A DNA stretch of 32,000 bases from Promethearchaeota archaeon (GCA_016933055.1 JAFGBS010000021.1:90001-122000); one strand, 5' to 3'; positions 18,602 to 28,742 are shown, counted from the stretch's first letter. Numbers and translations: made by a program. The notes: generated from the letters alone by a model not told the origin.

Positions 18602-19111
18602 TTATATAGTATTTTGCAAATCATAGAGCATCAGAAAGTAGCTACTAATCGCTAGATAAATAATTGTTCTGGAATCGTCTATCTCTGGGTCAATCTTAAT
18701 GAAAAATGTATGTTTCCCCTTTTTTTTTATCTTTAAATCCTTATTGATCCAAATTTTGGATCCAGAGAAATTTGAATTTATTCTTTTGGTGTCGTTGTTT
18801 TGTTCATCATCAAAATCGTAAATTATTTTTGATGAGCTTTTTTTTCTTTTTACATTCCCAACGTATTGATTTTCCACGATCTCCTCGCCCCAGTATATTT
18901 CAAAGTAAATTGTGGGCGAAAATGGTTTTTCTCTTATGGTCAATATTGCAGCATAGGAATCATGAAAATAGAGAGGATATAGTTTACTAAATGGTTTTAT
19001 TTTCAGAAACCCCACTTCTTGTTTATTCCGGTTTAAAATCTGAATTTTTCCCTTTCGTGGTCCGAATATATGTGTTAAATAAAAATCTCTTTGCGCTCTG
19101 TTATCACTCAT
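18602..19111 (-). CDS. Hypothetical beta-rich protein, possibly Tubby-C/LURP-one/scramblase-like
   Basis: 172-aa ORF in the track with alternating beta strands (QEVGFLK, YVGNVKRK) and a terminal hydrophobic helix. The fold call is weak. ATG 19111 preferred to TTG 19120. Confidence 0.5.
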   Translation of the reverse strand: MSDNRAQRDFYLTHIFGPRKGKIQILNRNKQEVGFLKIKPFSKLYPLYFHDSYAAILTIREKPFSPTIYFEIYWGEEIVENQYVGNVKRKKSSSKIIYDFDDEQNNDTKRINSNFSGSKIWINKDLKIKKKGKHTFFIKIDPEIDDSRTIIYLAISSYFLMLYDLQNTI

Positions 19112-19333
19112 AATTTTCAAGTTTCCTTATTTTGAATTCGCATAGAATTTTTGATTAAATTTATGAATATCTCTATTTCATTTGACAATAAATCAAATTT
19201 CTACCTTCCCTATTCATATAATACCGCCATTGCTAAAAGATTACCATGAAGTAAGTGGAAGGTCTCTCTATCCTTGATACAGTAATTCTCTTCTCTTCTC
19301 AATATTTTAGAGTTGAAAATTTACAATATGATG

Positions 19334-20647
19334 TTAAAAAATAAAATAATAGAATGTAATATACACCACACCACATATGATGTGAATCAGAGCAAATAAT
19401 GCACCGTTTTTAGTTAGAGTCTTAAATGAAAATCCTTCAACATTATTCCGTGTAGCAATCGTGAGTGTCATAACATCACACGCTGCCCCTTGAGGCAAAA
19501 AATTTCCTCCCATATTGATTCCAACTAATAAGGCAATTATCAATACATTGGGATTCAAGGATAAAGAGGGATTGAAAATAATTAATTGATCAATTATTGC
19601 TAAAAACATCAAGGTCGTTGGTGAATTAGCCAAAAAACCTGACAGTAAACTACTTAACAGCACAATAAATATAGAGACTACCAAGGGATTACTAGGGAGT
19701 ATTTTATTTAAAAAATCGGTTAAAACTTCAATTGTACCGTTTTCTATCATACATCCTATGATGATATACAACGACGCAAAAAAGAACATAACTTCCCACT
19801 CCACTTTTTTAAAATAATCGACGAGTTTTTGCCGATTGAGAAGGATCATTAAAATTGAACCAACTAAAGCTACTAAATACGCATCAGTAAATACGAAAAA
19901 GGAAATAAATACAATAGTTAAAAAAATAGAATTCATGATAAACTTCTTTTTATCGACAATTACTGCAGAGGGGACTAAAATATCTCGCACCAATTCTTTT
20001 CGAATCGGATCCACTCGAACATTCTTCTTTAATAAAAGCATATCCAATAATAGCATCGTTACGATGAGCACAATAAAGCCAAATACCATGACATTTTTAA
20101 CGAACCATATGGTATTCACTGCGTATTCTTCAAAATGACCTGCAATAATGATATTCTCAGAACTGGAAAATGGTGTAATCATACTCCCAATATTTATACA
20201 AATAGTCATTCCAAACAAATACGGAGCGGGTTTAATTTCTAAAATACGGCAGGTACGTATTATTAGAGGTGCAAAAATAATTGCCACTGTAACATCAGCA
20301 ACTACAGCAGCAAGTAGGGTTGATATTATACAAATTACATAGAATAGGGTACGATCATTCCCTTTAGTTAATCGAATCGTTTGTATGGCGACATACTGGA
20401 ATATTTTTTGACGCTCCGAGACAGCAATTACGATTTGTATCCCAAAAATGAATAACAAGGGTTTGAATTCAATCATACCGATAAAACTCGTGAAATTTAC
20501 CGTCCCGTCTGTTGTATAATATAAGATCCCCGCGGCAAGTAACGCTGAAAAAATCGCAACCGTCAAATAATCAAGAGTTTCTGTTGAAAAGACAACCATT
20601 ACAATTGTAAATAAAATAGCAACAGCGATGACAGAAAACAAGTTCAT
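19334..20647 (-). CDS. ArsB/NhaD/SLC13-type (IT superfamily) permease
   Basis: ~11-12 TM; ADVTVAIIFAP, NIGSMITPFSSSENII, ANSPTT, MGGNFLPQGAACDV. Confidence 0.85.
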   Translation of the reverse strand: MNLFSVIAVAILFTIVMVVFSTETLDYLTVAIFSALLAAGILYYTTDGTVNFTSFIGMIEFKPLLFIFGIQIVIAVSERQKIFQYVAIQTIRLTKGNDRTLFYVICIISTLLAAVVADVTVAIIFAPLIIRTCRILEIKPAPYLFGMTICINIGSMITPFSSSENIIIAGHFEEYAVNTIWFVKNVMVFGFIVLIVTMLLLDMLLLKKNVRVDPIRKELVRDILVPSAVIVDKKKFIMNSIFLTIVFISFFVFTDAYLVALVGSILMILLNRQKLVDYFKKVEWEVMFFFASLYIIIGCMIENGTIEVLTDFLNKILPSNPLVVSIFIVLLSSLLSGFLANSPTTLMFLAIIDQLIIFNPSLSLNPNVLIIALLVGINMGGNFLPQGAACDVMTLTIATRNNVEGFSFKTLTKNGALFALIHIICGVVYITFYYFIF

Positions 20648-20866
20648 TGTTATGAGAAAAATGAATAACTATTAAATAATGTTTTTTTGTGGAATCCTCC
20701 GCTCTGCGAAAATTTGGAAAAATTGCTTATGATATTCAGAAAATTATCACTATACTTCCAAATACTGGTTTAAAATATGTTTTTCTAGTAAACGCTTATG
20801 TATAGAAATAATATTAACGTAAGGGTTAATCCCTATCTTTTAAATAGTACAAAGATCTATTTTTTT

Positions 20867-21241
20867 ATGATGTATTGCCGCAGTTGTGGTGCATCAATTA
20901 GTTTAGAACAAGATGCAAAGCAAAATGGGTATTGTGATAATTGTTTTCGAGAACGCCCACTCAGCAATAGAGATTCTAATAATCAAATAACAAGGAGAAT
21001 GGATGAAATCACATGTTACATTTGTGATCGCCCACTTTTTACACGATGTTATAACTGTGGTAAGGCGATATGTGCCTATCACACAAAAGAACGAGTAGGA
21101 TATTTTGCTGCGATTAGAAAACGCTGTCCTGTTTGTGATCAACGATTTCGCCGTATAATCATCATTATCTATATTGCTGCTTTTACTGTATTTATTTCTA
21201 CAATGATAATTATTATTTCCCGATTTGTCCAGAACATATGA
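20867..21241 (+). CDS. Cys-rich zinc-finger protein with C-terminal TM anchor
   Basis: CRSC..CDNC, then CYIC-x7-CYNC-x4-CAYH-x14-CPVC, then a hydrophobic tail. ATG 20867/20870 preferred to 20798. Confidence 0.75.
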   Translation: MMYCRSCGASISLEQDAKQNGYCDNCFRERPLSNRDSNNQITRRMDEITCYICDRPLFTRCYNCGKAICAYHTKERVGYFAAIRKRCPVCDQRFRRIIIIIYIAAFTVFISTMIIIISRFVQNI

Positions 21242-21738
21242 TTTTCATGCTATTCTGGGGGTCACCAAACTTATTAATTCTGTTAGAGACCTTACAGAAA
21301 ATAACACATCCATTATGATTCATCATGAATCCCTCTCATGTATCATAATTATCGGATAAATTTCCCAAAAAACCAATATTACAAGAATGGGTGTTTTTTT
21401 CGTTTTATTAAAAATCGAACCACAGTTATTGTACTGGACGAGAAGAGAGCGGATAAAAGTGGAAAACAGAATCAATTGCTATAGAAAATTGCTGCGAATG
21501 ATATTAATATGACCCAAATAGGATTGGATGATACTATTTACTATCAAACCACATTAAGTGAAGAAATGAACAATTCCCGGTGATGATCGTTTCAAACATA
21601 TTCCCAAAGTGGTGTTTTCAAGAGATCCTCAACAAATCGAAGATGAATTGAGGAAATTATCCCAAATCTAACCACCGATTATAGAGAAAAGAAACAAATA
21701 GAAAAAAAGACTTAAGATGATTTGTCTATTGAATTTTT

Positions 21739-22659
21739 ATGATACGAAAGTTAGATCTGAAATCTCGACTGAGATTTCGAGAAATCCTCATCTCGTTACT
21801 TACTTATTCGGGATTCTTAGGTCTTGGATACGTGATAGCTTTATTCATTGCAATTCCTCAAGTCATATCCTACGCAATATTTCTTGTATTTGGCATTCTT
21901 GCAGTGGCTATCGATATTCCCGATGAAAAAATGAAATGGTTAAAACTCATCCCTCTTATTCGCCGGCACTTCTTTATGATGCATCGGGTGCGTCGCCGAA
22001 TTGGGATTGCTGCTAAGGAGGGAAAACTAACAAGTGCTTATAAATTCGCTGTGGGCATGATACTTGTAATTGGATACTTATTTTTCATGAATTTAGCAAT
22101 TATTTCCATTAAACTAATCCTGCATTTCACCATCGATTTTTCAGACCCGTTTCGATTTACCGAAGCCTTTCTAAGTTTACTCGGTGCTGGAGTAACTGCT
22201 TATATTATCTGGTTAAGGTCTTTCCATCGAGAATATAAACATACATTGACCTTAATTAAATTCAAGTCAGAAAAATTCAGAGAAAGGACTAAGAACGTTA
22301 CAAAAGGGGTAGCGAAAGGATTTTCCCTAGTGCTTAAACTCTATATCCTTTTCATTAGTTTTATTATTTGGCTTACGGGAGAGTGCCTATTTATGCTGGG
22401 CACACCATTTTTCACGGATTATATTACCTATTTTCTCCTAGGGACTGTGGGATTTTTCGCAGCTTTAGTGCTATCGCTAATCTTCATCGTGTTTTTAACA
22501 AAGCCCGACGAGGGTTTATTGGCAAATGATATGGTGCATGAAGAAAAAAATAGCGATTTTCCAGCGGAAGTGAAATCCACACTCGGGGATTCCTACGAAC
22601 CTGCATCGAGAAAAAGTATTTTTTCTCGATTACGGAAACATGATACAATCAAGCAATAA
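21739..22659 (+). CDS. Hypothetical multi-pass membrane protein
   Basis: 306-aa ORF with ~6 hydrophobic segments; no motif recognised. Confidence 0.7.
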   Translation: MIRKLDLKSRLRFREILISLLTYSGFLGLGYVIALFIAIPQVISYAIFLVFGILAVAIDIPDEKMKWLKLIPLIRRHFFMMHRVRRRIGIAAKEGKLTSAYKFAVGMILVIGYLFFMNLAIISIKLILHFTIDFSDPFRFTEAFLSLLGAGVTAYIIWLRSFHREYKHTLTLIKFKSEKFRERTKNVTKGVAKGFSLVLKLYILFISFIIWLTGECLFMLGTPFFTDYITYFLLGTVGFFAALVLSLIFIVFLTKPDEGLLANDMVHEEKNSDFPAEVKSTLGDSYEPASRKSIFSRLRKHDTIKQ

Positions 22660-22816
22660 TCTGGCATGGAATTTTCCGTTGAATTTTCCGTATCCATGTC
22701 CATGAGTCCATATCATGATCAAATTCCCGATTATTATTGTCATGACCATGAGTCTCGAAAATAAGTAACGATTCGTGTATAAATCTATAAATAGAAATAG
22801 TAATGTCTTCTACATA

Positions 22817-24043
22817 ATGGAACAAGTTAAAGGTCCTCGGTTGATTGGATTAGATATTTACAGGGGATTTTTGGTTTGGATGATGATTTTCTTTCATAAT
22901 TTAGATTCATATTCAGGAAATTTAGAAGCAATCGAGAGTAGTGCAGGAATAGCTAGTGTCATTGGTAAATTTATTGGTAGGTGGGGAGTGTTTTTTTTTA
23001 TAATCGTAGGATTTTCAAATACACTGAGTCTTTATCATAAATTCCAAAATCCTAAGGCGAATTCGGGAAAAATATTGCTTAAATCGATGACAAAGGCTTC
23101 AATATTGATAGCTTTTGATAAGATATGCACCATATTATTTAGCGGGGAATCTCAAGGTGGAGGAATTTATAATTTTAATGAAGGGCCTATTTCTATCGGG
23201 ATTGTTATGGGATTCATAAAAACCAGCTCGTATATTCCTCCTCGGACCTATGATGTATTTTTTGATCAATCAGCCGTAGTTACTATCGCTTATATCATGA
23301 TAATAATAAGTTTAATTGAGGTTATATTATTCAAGAGTTGTAAAAATCATAAAAGTTACCCCAATTTAATTATATTAGCCTCAATTGGGTTTATAATACT
23401 TATAATTTCTCCTTTTGCGGTTCAATATTTACGTCCCTTATGGGTGATTGCCTTAGTGAATGAAAATTATGGGATTGCTTTTATTTTGGGGATACTTGTA
23501 GGCGATGTTCACCCCTTATTACCTAATATTGGATTTGCCTTTATAGGTGCAGTTTTTGCACTGGCTTATGCGATGAGAATCCCTCGGAAACTAGTATTGA
23601 TTTTCGGTTCGATTTTTTCTTTTATTTCCCTTCTTATCGGTATAATTGGATATATTATGTTAGGAGAACCCTCTTATGAACAGACATTACAAACTTCTCC
23701 AGGAAGAACTATGTGGTTGTTAGTGGGCGTTATGATAATTCCTATCTTATTCATTTATTACTTTGAATTCGAACCGAGTCGAGAAAAGTCTCCTAATCGA
23801 TTAGCGTTAAATCTCCAACGATTCGGGAAAGTGTCATTAACATTATATCTTCTAGAGAGTTTTGTGGTTGAACTTTCTTTACTGACAATTGGGTTGATAT
23901 ATCCTATTGCGGATACATTATGGATTTTAGCGATATTTGGTGCTCTAATTATTATATTACTTAGTTATTTACTCATACTATGGGAAAGAGGAAATTTTAT
24001 TGGCTCCGTAGAGTGGATGGTACGAAAAGCAACATTGTTTTAA
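22817..24043 (+). CDS. DUF1624/HGSNAT-like membrane acyltransferase
   Basis: N-terminal RLIGLDIYRGFLVWMMIFFH, C-terminal FGKVSLTLYL..E and GSVEW, ~10 TM. ATG 22817 preferred. Confidence 0.75.
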   Translation: MEQVKGPRLIGLDIYRGFLVWMMIFFHNLDSYSGNLEAIESSAGIASVIGKFIGRWGVFFFIIVGFSNTLSLYHKFQNPKANSGKILLKSMTKASILIAFDKICTILFSGESQGGGIYNFNEGPISIGIVMGFIKTSSYIPPRTYDVFFDQSAVVTIAYIMIIISLIEVILFKSCKNHKSYPNLIILASIGFIILIISPFAVQYLRPLWVIALVNENYGIAFILGILVGDVHPLLPNIGFAFIGAVFALAYAMRIPRKLVLIFGSIFSFISLLIGIIGYIMLGEPSYEQTLQTSPGRTMWLLVGVMIIPILFIYYFEFEPSREKSPNRLALNLQRFGKVSLTLYLLESFVVELSLLTIGLIYPIADTLWILAIFGALIIILLSYLLILWERGNFIGSVEWMVRKATLF

Positions 24044-24203
24044 GTTATTGAATCTCTTTTAAGAGCAGATAGGAAAAGTTTCTCTACGCAATCAAATATA
24101 AATGAAGGATCTGACTCATTTTATTTTATTCTTCCTTAAATCATAAGTAAGTATAGATGCGGAAGTATTATTACGCTGAATTGACTATTGTTTGTTGGTT
24201 GAA

Positions 24204-26093
24204 ATGATGCGAAATTTCGACCATTCTGAGAAGAAACCCGAAAAAATCACTTTGGAGGATTTAAGCCGTATCATTAAGCCCGGATTTCGTATTTTTCTCG
24301 GAACTGGTTGTTCAGAACCTTATATAATAACAAAAGAATTAACTCATGATAAGTATCGGTGGACAGATTGTGAAATTGTACATTTACTCACTCTTACCGA
24401 GCAAAAATTTTTCAGTGATTCTTTTCCCACCAGATTTCGTCACAATACACTTTCTTTGATAGGCTCCGCACAGACACGTCATGCTGTAAATACAGGTAAG
24501 AGTGACTTTACACCCATCAGAACTTCAGAAATTCCAGATCTGTTAGAACGGGGAGTATTGAAGATTGATGTTGCGATGGTTCAACTAAGTCCACCAGATG
24601 AATATGGATACTGTTCTCTGGGAATCAATGTCGATATTAACAAGAAAATGGTAGAGTATGCGAAAATTATCATAGCTCAAATCAATTCTCAAATGCCATC
24701 CACCAGAGGCGATTCCACTGTAAGAATTGACCAACTTGATTATATTATCGAGGAAAACACGCCGCTTGTAGAATATAAAAACGAATATAGCCCATCTCAG
24801 TCAAATATTATCGATAAAATTTGCAGTTATACTGCACGATTAATTGAGGATGGAGCTACTTTAAATTTCGGTTTGGGTAAAATTCCCTTAAAAATTTTCT
24901 CTCATCTCCAAAATAGGAAAGATTTAGCGATATATACGGAAAGTTTGGTTATGACTGATGCTCTTTTTGATCTAATCTCAAAAAATGTTATCACCTGTAA
25001 ATTAAATCATTATCCCAAAGTGATGTGTGCCTTTGCTTTAGGAGAAAAACGCCATTACCAGAGAGTTCACAACAATCCTTTCATCAAATTTTACCCTACG
25101 GAATTTATCAATAACGTAGATAATATCATTAAAAATCACAAACTAATCTCGATTTACAGTGCGATTGCAGTGGATCTCTCAGGTCAGATTACAAATCATC
25201 TTGAAGATAAATTTTACAGTGGAATTGGAGGTGAAAATGACTTTATTGAAGGTACAAGTAGAACCCCAGGGGGAAAAACTATTATAGTTATTCCCAGTAC
25301 AACAAGCGACGGTGAGAAATCACGTATAGTTCCAATAATTTCTCGAAGTACGATTCCTGCATCAGATGTGCATTATATTATTACGGAATATGGAATTGCA
25401 CGGCTTACTGGAAAACCCATCCGACAACGGGCAATTCAATTGATTGCAATTGCTCATCCAAAATTTAGGAAATCTCTCCTTCAACAGGCAAAAAAAATGC
25501 ATTTTGTGTATCCCGATCAACTCATTCCCCTTACCCGCGACGGAAATGTGGTAGTGTATCCCGAGGAGTATGAGTGGATTTATAGCACGAATTCGGGTAA
25601 CATGGTAAAATTTCGGGCTATAAAGCCGACTGATGAAGCTCTATTACAACGCTTCTTCTACCAGCAAGATGAACGATCACGCATTTTGCGGTATTTGACT
25701 CCCAAAAAAACACTCACCCATGAAGAATCTCAAATTGAAGTAAATATTGATTATGATACTAATATGGTGATAGTTGGGTTAGTAGGGGATGAGGATGCTC
25801 AAGAAATTATTGCAGCGGCTTCCTATTATTTAGATCCCGAGGATAATACCAACATTGCGGAAGTTGCGATAATGATCTCAAAAGAATGGCAGAATCAAGG
25901 GCTGGGGCATCATATGTTTTCCAAAATGTGTTATATAGCTCATGAAAAAGGATTGAATGCGCTGATTGGAGAATTCATGAAAACAAATATTGGCGTTGAT
26001 AAAATGCTGAAAAATCTGCCATTTCCCGTCGAAATGAAAGATTTTGATGAAACTTTTGAATTTATTATTGATCTAACAAGGGAAAAACCTTAA
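24204..26093 (+). CDS. Acetyl-CoA hydrolase/4-hydroxybutyrate CoA-transferase domain fused to a C-terminal GNAT
   Basis: GTGCSEP, PPDEYGYCSLG, GLGKIP, IYTE (catalytic Glu position), SGIGGENDF, DVHYIITEYG; GNAT FRAIKPTD..EVAIMISKEWQNQGLG. ATG 24204/24207. Confidence 0.9.
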   Translation: MMRNFDHSEKKPEKITLEDLSRIIKPGFRIFLGTGCSEPYIITKELTHDKYRWTDCEIVHLLTLTEQKFFSDSFPTRFRHNTLSLIGSAQTRHAVNTGKSDFTPIRTSEIPDLLERGVLKIDVAMVQLSPPDEYGYCSLGINVDINKKMVEYAKIIIAQINSQMPSTRGDSTVRIDQLDYIIEENTPLVEYKNEYSPSQSNIIDKICSYTARLIEDGATLNFGLGKIPLKIFSHLQNRKDLAIYTESLVMTDALFDLISKNVITCKLNHYPKVMCAFALGEKRHYQRVHNNPFIKFYPTEFINNVDNIIKNHKLISIYSAIAVDLSGQITNHLEDKFYSGIGGENDFIEGTSRTPGGKTIIVIPSTTSDGEKSRIVPIISRSTIPASDVHYIITEYGIARLTGKPIRQRAIQLIAIAHPKFRKSLLQQAKKMHFVYPDQLIPLTRDGNVVVYPEEYEWIYSTNSGNMVKFRAIKPTDEALLQRFFYQQDERSRILRYLTPKKTLTHEESQIEVNIDYDTNMVIVGLVGDEDAQEIIAAASYYLDPEDNTNIAEVAIMISKEWQNQGLGHHMFSKMCYIAHEKGLNALIGEFMKTNIGVDKMLKNLPFPVEMKDFDETFEFIIDLTREKP

Positions 26094-26114
26094 TTCAGGG
26101 GATATTCTCACATA

Positions 26115-26723
26115 TTATACTCTATGTCTCACGATTTGCTGTAATTTATCTTGTAATGAACTAGTGAAATCTTCTAACTCTGGTGGAAATCGACTAAGAG
26201 CCTCGTTAATCTCATCCTTATATATATTCTCATCATCGTTTTTCGTCATTATGGTAAAAAAATCCTCCAAAACGGGTCGGAGATATGGAAAATTGATTAA
26301 CTTTGGAGTTTTTCGAATAATTGCGTGGAGATGGAGTTGAATGTATGAATCTGCATTTTTAGATAAATTCGCGAACATATCGATGATAATTTTAGATTTG
26401 AATCGATTCTTTTCGTCGAGTTCACTAACCATGATAGGTAGTAGTTTCTTAATGTAGTTTGGGTGTATTTTCTCTGCAATAATCACTGCTGTTTTCAATA
26501 AATCGGTGTGCAACGAGTAATCAGACTTACTGAGTTCCTCTTTAAGAAATTCGACAAGCTTATCGATGTCACCGGGATTAAGAGGTTCTTGCGTTTCGTC
26601 TACCAAAACACTAAATGCTTGAAGGGCTACACTTTGGAGTTGGGTATCTTCTAATTTTAACTGCTCGAGTATATCCTTCAGTGTAGGAAGGTTTTCCTTG
26701 GATTGGTCGGAATTGAAGTGCAA
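26115..26723 (-). CDS. Helical HEAT/ARM-like repeat protein
   Basis: Recurring amphipathic helix pairs (LQSVALQAFSVL, LHTDLLKTAVIIAE, FKSKIIIDMFANL). TTG start with upstream GGAG. Confidence 0.55.
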   Translation of the reverse strand: MHFNSDQSKENLPTLKDILEQLKLEDTQLQSVALQAFSVLVDETQEPLNPGDIDKLVEFLKEELSKSDYSLHTDLLKTAVIIAEKIHPNYIKKLLPIMVSELDEKNRFKSKIIIDMFANLSKNADSYIQLHLHAIIRKTPKLINFPYLRPVLEDFFTIMTKNDDENIYKDEINEALSRFPPELEDFTSSLQDKLQQIVRHRV

Positions 26724-26988
26724 TCTCTTTATTCTCCAATTTTCTTAATTTCTGCGTTCTGAAGTGTTACTATGTTGCATCTCAAATGAATTTTCCGTGT
26801 TAGTACGATCTAGAAGAAGAAGTTTTTTCATTTTTTTTTTGGGTTGATTTTGGGTTGGTGAATATTCCTTGATTGATATGCATTTGAGATTGAAATAGTC
26901 AATCCACAAGTATATCTTATCATATATATAGTTTAAAACCAATAGGTTTATACTCTCATTCCCACTTAGTACACTAGGTGGAGTTTAA

Positions 26989-27219
26989 ATGGATTCTGCA
27001 GTTACAATTGATATGAAAGGTAGGATTTTAATTCCCAAAGAGATACGAAAAAAACTTAATTTAAAACCCGGTGTTAAATTAATAATAAAAATCGAGAATG
27101 GGAGATTGGTATTATTAATAAGCACTTCTTTGGAGGATTTCCAATCAGAAATCAAATCATTTCAACAAAAATTGAAAGAACTAACTACCGATCCTATTCC
27201 TACAGAGAAATTGTTTTAG
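26989..27219 (+). CDS. vapB: AbrB/MazE/SpoVT-family antitoxin
   Basis: IDMKGRILIPKEIRKKLNLKPG..L.I..ENGRLVL; lies directly upstream of a PIN toxin. Confidence 0.92.
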   Translation: MDSAVTIDMKGRILIPKEIRKKLNLKPGVKLIIKIENGRLVLLISTSLEDFQSEIKSFQQKLKELTTDPIPTEKLF

Positions 27220-27235
27220 AGGGGGTAATCAGTGA

Positions 27236-27694
27236 ATGATCACCATTGATAGCCAGATCTGGATTTATTATTTCGATCCAAACGCTCCTGAGAACCTCAA
27301 TGTTCAGAAATGGATGAAATCCATTCTACAAAATGAAATTATAGTTCTTAGCACAATAATACCCTTAGAAGTTTCCCACAATCTCTATGCAATTCCCAAA
27401 ATAAGCAGAGATGATGTTGAAGAGTTGATTTTGAAATGGATTACCCAAGAAAATATAAGAATGGTCGAGGTAGACCAACATAACATGCTTATTGCTCTTG
27501 AACTAATGAAAACCAATCGTAATAGGGGGATTGGTGGCAGGGATTGTTTAATATTAGCGAGTATGTTAACTCAAGATGTGCAAATGCTTGTTACAAACGA
27601 CAAGAATTTATTAAGAATACAGAGCTTGCAGCGAATGAATCCTGTATTTGATCCCCCCTTAATCTTAAACAAAGGAGAGAAATTCAAACAATAA
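27236..27694 (+). CDS. vapC: PIN-domain toxin
   Basis: IDSQIW, IPLEV, GRDCLILA, LVTNDKNL acidic PIN residues; 16 nt after vapB. Confidence 0.92.
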   Translation: MITIDSQIWIYYFDPNAPENLNVQKWMKSILQNEIIVLSTIIPLEVSHNLYAIPKISRDDVEELILKWITQENIRMVEVDQHNMLIALELMKTNRNRGIGGRDCLILASMLTQDVQMLVTNDKNLLRIQSLQRMNPVFDPPLILNKGEKFKQ

Positions 27695-28166
27695 GAAAAT
27701 GAATATTTTAGCAAGCAGAATGGGACACACAGCATGCTACAATCAATTGATTGGAAATATATTCGTTAAGATGTTAACCCAGAAATCTAACATAGAACGG
27801 TCAATCTGCACCATCTAATAAAATCAAGAAACTTCACGAAATTATAAAAAAACTTTCATTTGGCAATAGAAATCGAATTATGATACAGCGAATTGCCTGC
27901 TAGGCTACAAGCAATGAACATTTCATTTTATCAAAATTGCAATATGGTAGGTGCCAAGATTATAGAGATGCACCAGCTTGCTGAATTCATTAAAACCAAA
28001 AATGAGATAAAAAGCATTTAAGTGAAAATGCGAGAAATCTAAGAGTTGAACAAGACCTTTACTATTTAGAACAAAATATCTCTACAGACAAAATTTTCCC
28101 AGATTAATAGATGCATCTAACCACTTTTTCTTCTGAAGTGGGAATCCCTTAAACATACATATATAT

Positions 28167-28442
28167 GTGTCGAATTTTATCAAGAAGATAAATTTTGGGG
28201 ATGGTTCCACGAATAGCACATTAAGTAATCCAACACATCTTTATAATACTCCTGGAAATTACACCGTTCCTTTAACTATTACGGATACTGATGGAGATTC
28301 TGCCATAGTTTCTACAATTGTTCGAGTTTCTGCACCGGAACCAAAAGGTTTAGGTATAGGTGCTATTATAGGAATTATTTTAGGTTCTCTGGTATTTGTT
28401 GGTGGAGCAGTGGCTGTTTTTATCATCGTTCGTAAGAAATAA
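28167..28442 (+). pseudogene. Truncated PKD domain plus TM anchor; probable 3' remnant of a larger surface protein
   Basis: NFGDGS..NPTHLYNTPGNYTV.LTITDTDG is the C-terminal part of a PKD domain; TM plus RKK; no signal peptide; upstream DNA is stop-rich. Confidence 0.6.
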
Positions 28443-28742
28443 AAATCAAATACGAGAGCTGACGATAAAAAATCTACTTCCACCAAACAATTACACCTAA
28501 TTATTGTATAAAGTGAGTGAATTTTTTCATTCTCCTATTTTTACCATCCCATTATGTTTTTAATAAGAATATTGTTTGTCTTTAGTATAATTCTAATTTG
28601 ACTGTTGGAGGAAGGGATCGAGGATCATCACTCGAAAATAATGAATTCATTTCAGTTTTCTACTAGGTAATTTATTCAAATTTATGATCTTGTGAAAATA
28701 ACTATTAAATGATAACACTCCTCATTATTATCAACGATATCA

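Noticed and set aside
21387-21671. Short broken frames between the zinc-finger gene and the membrane-protein gene
   Set aside because: Pieces of 30-40 codons in different frames with no recognisable motif; cannot be told from chance.
5250-21926. Short track ORFs overlapping real genes (5250, 5890, 6521, 7755, 7802, 10167, 11162, 12894, 13861, 14723, 15195, 15557, 16511, 16608, 17449, 17707, 18772, 19836, 20148, 20903, 21717), plus 26297, 28259 and 30616 further on
   Set aside because: Antisense or alternate-frame overlaps with motif-supported genes; no recognisable motifs or ribosome-binding sites.
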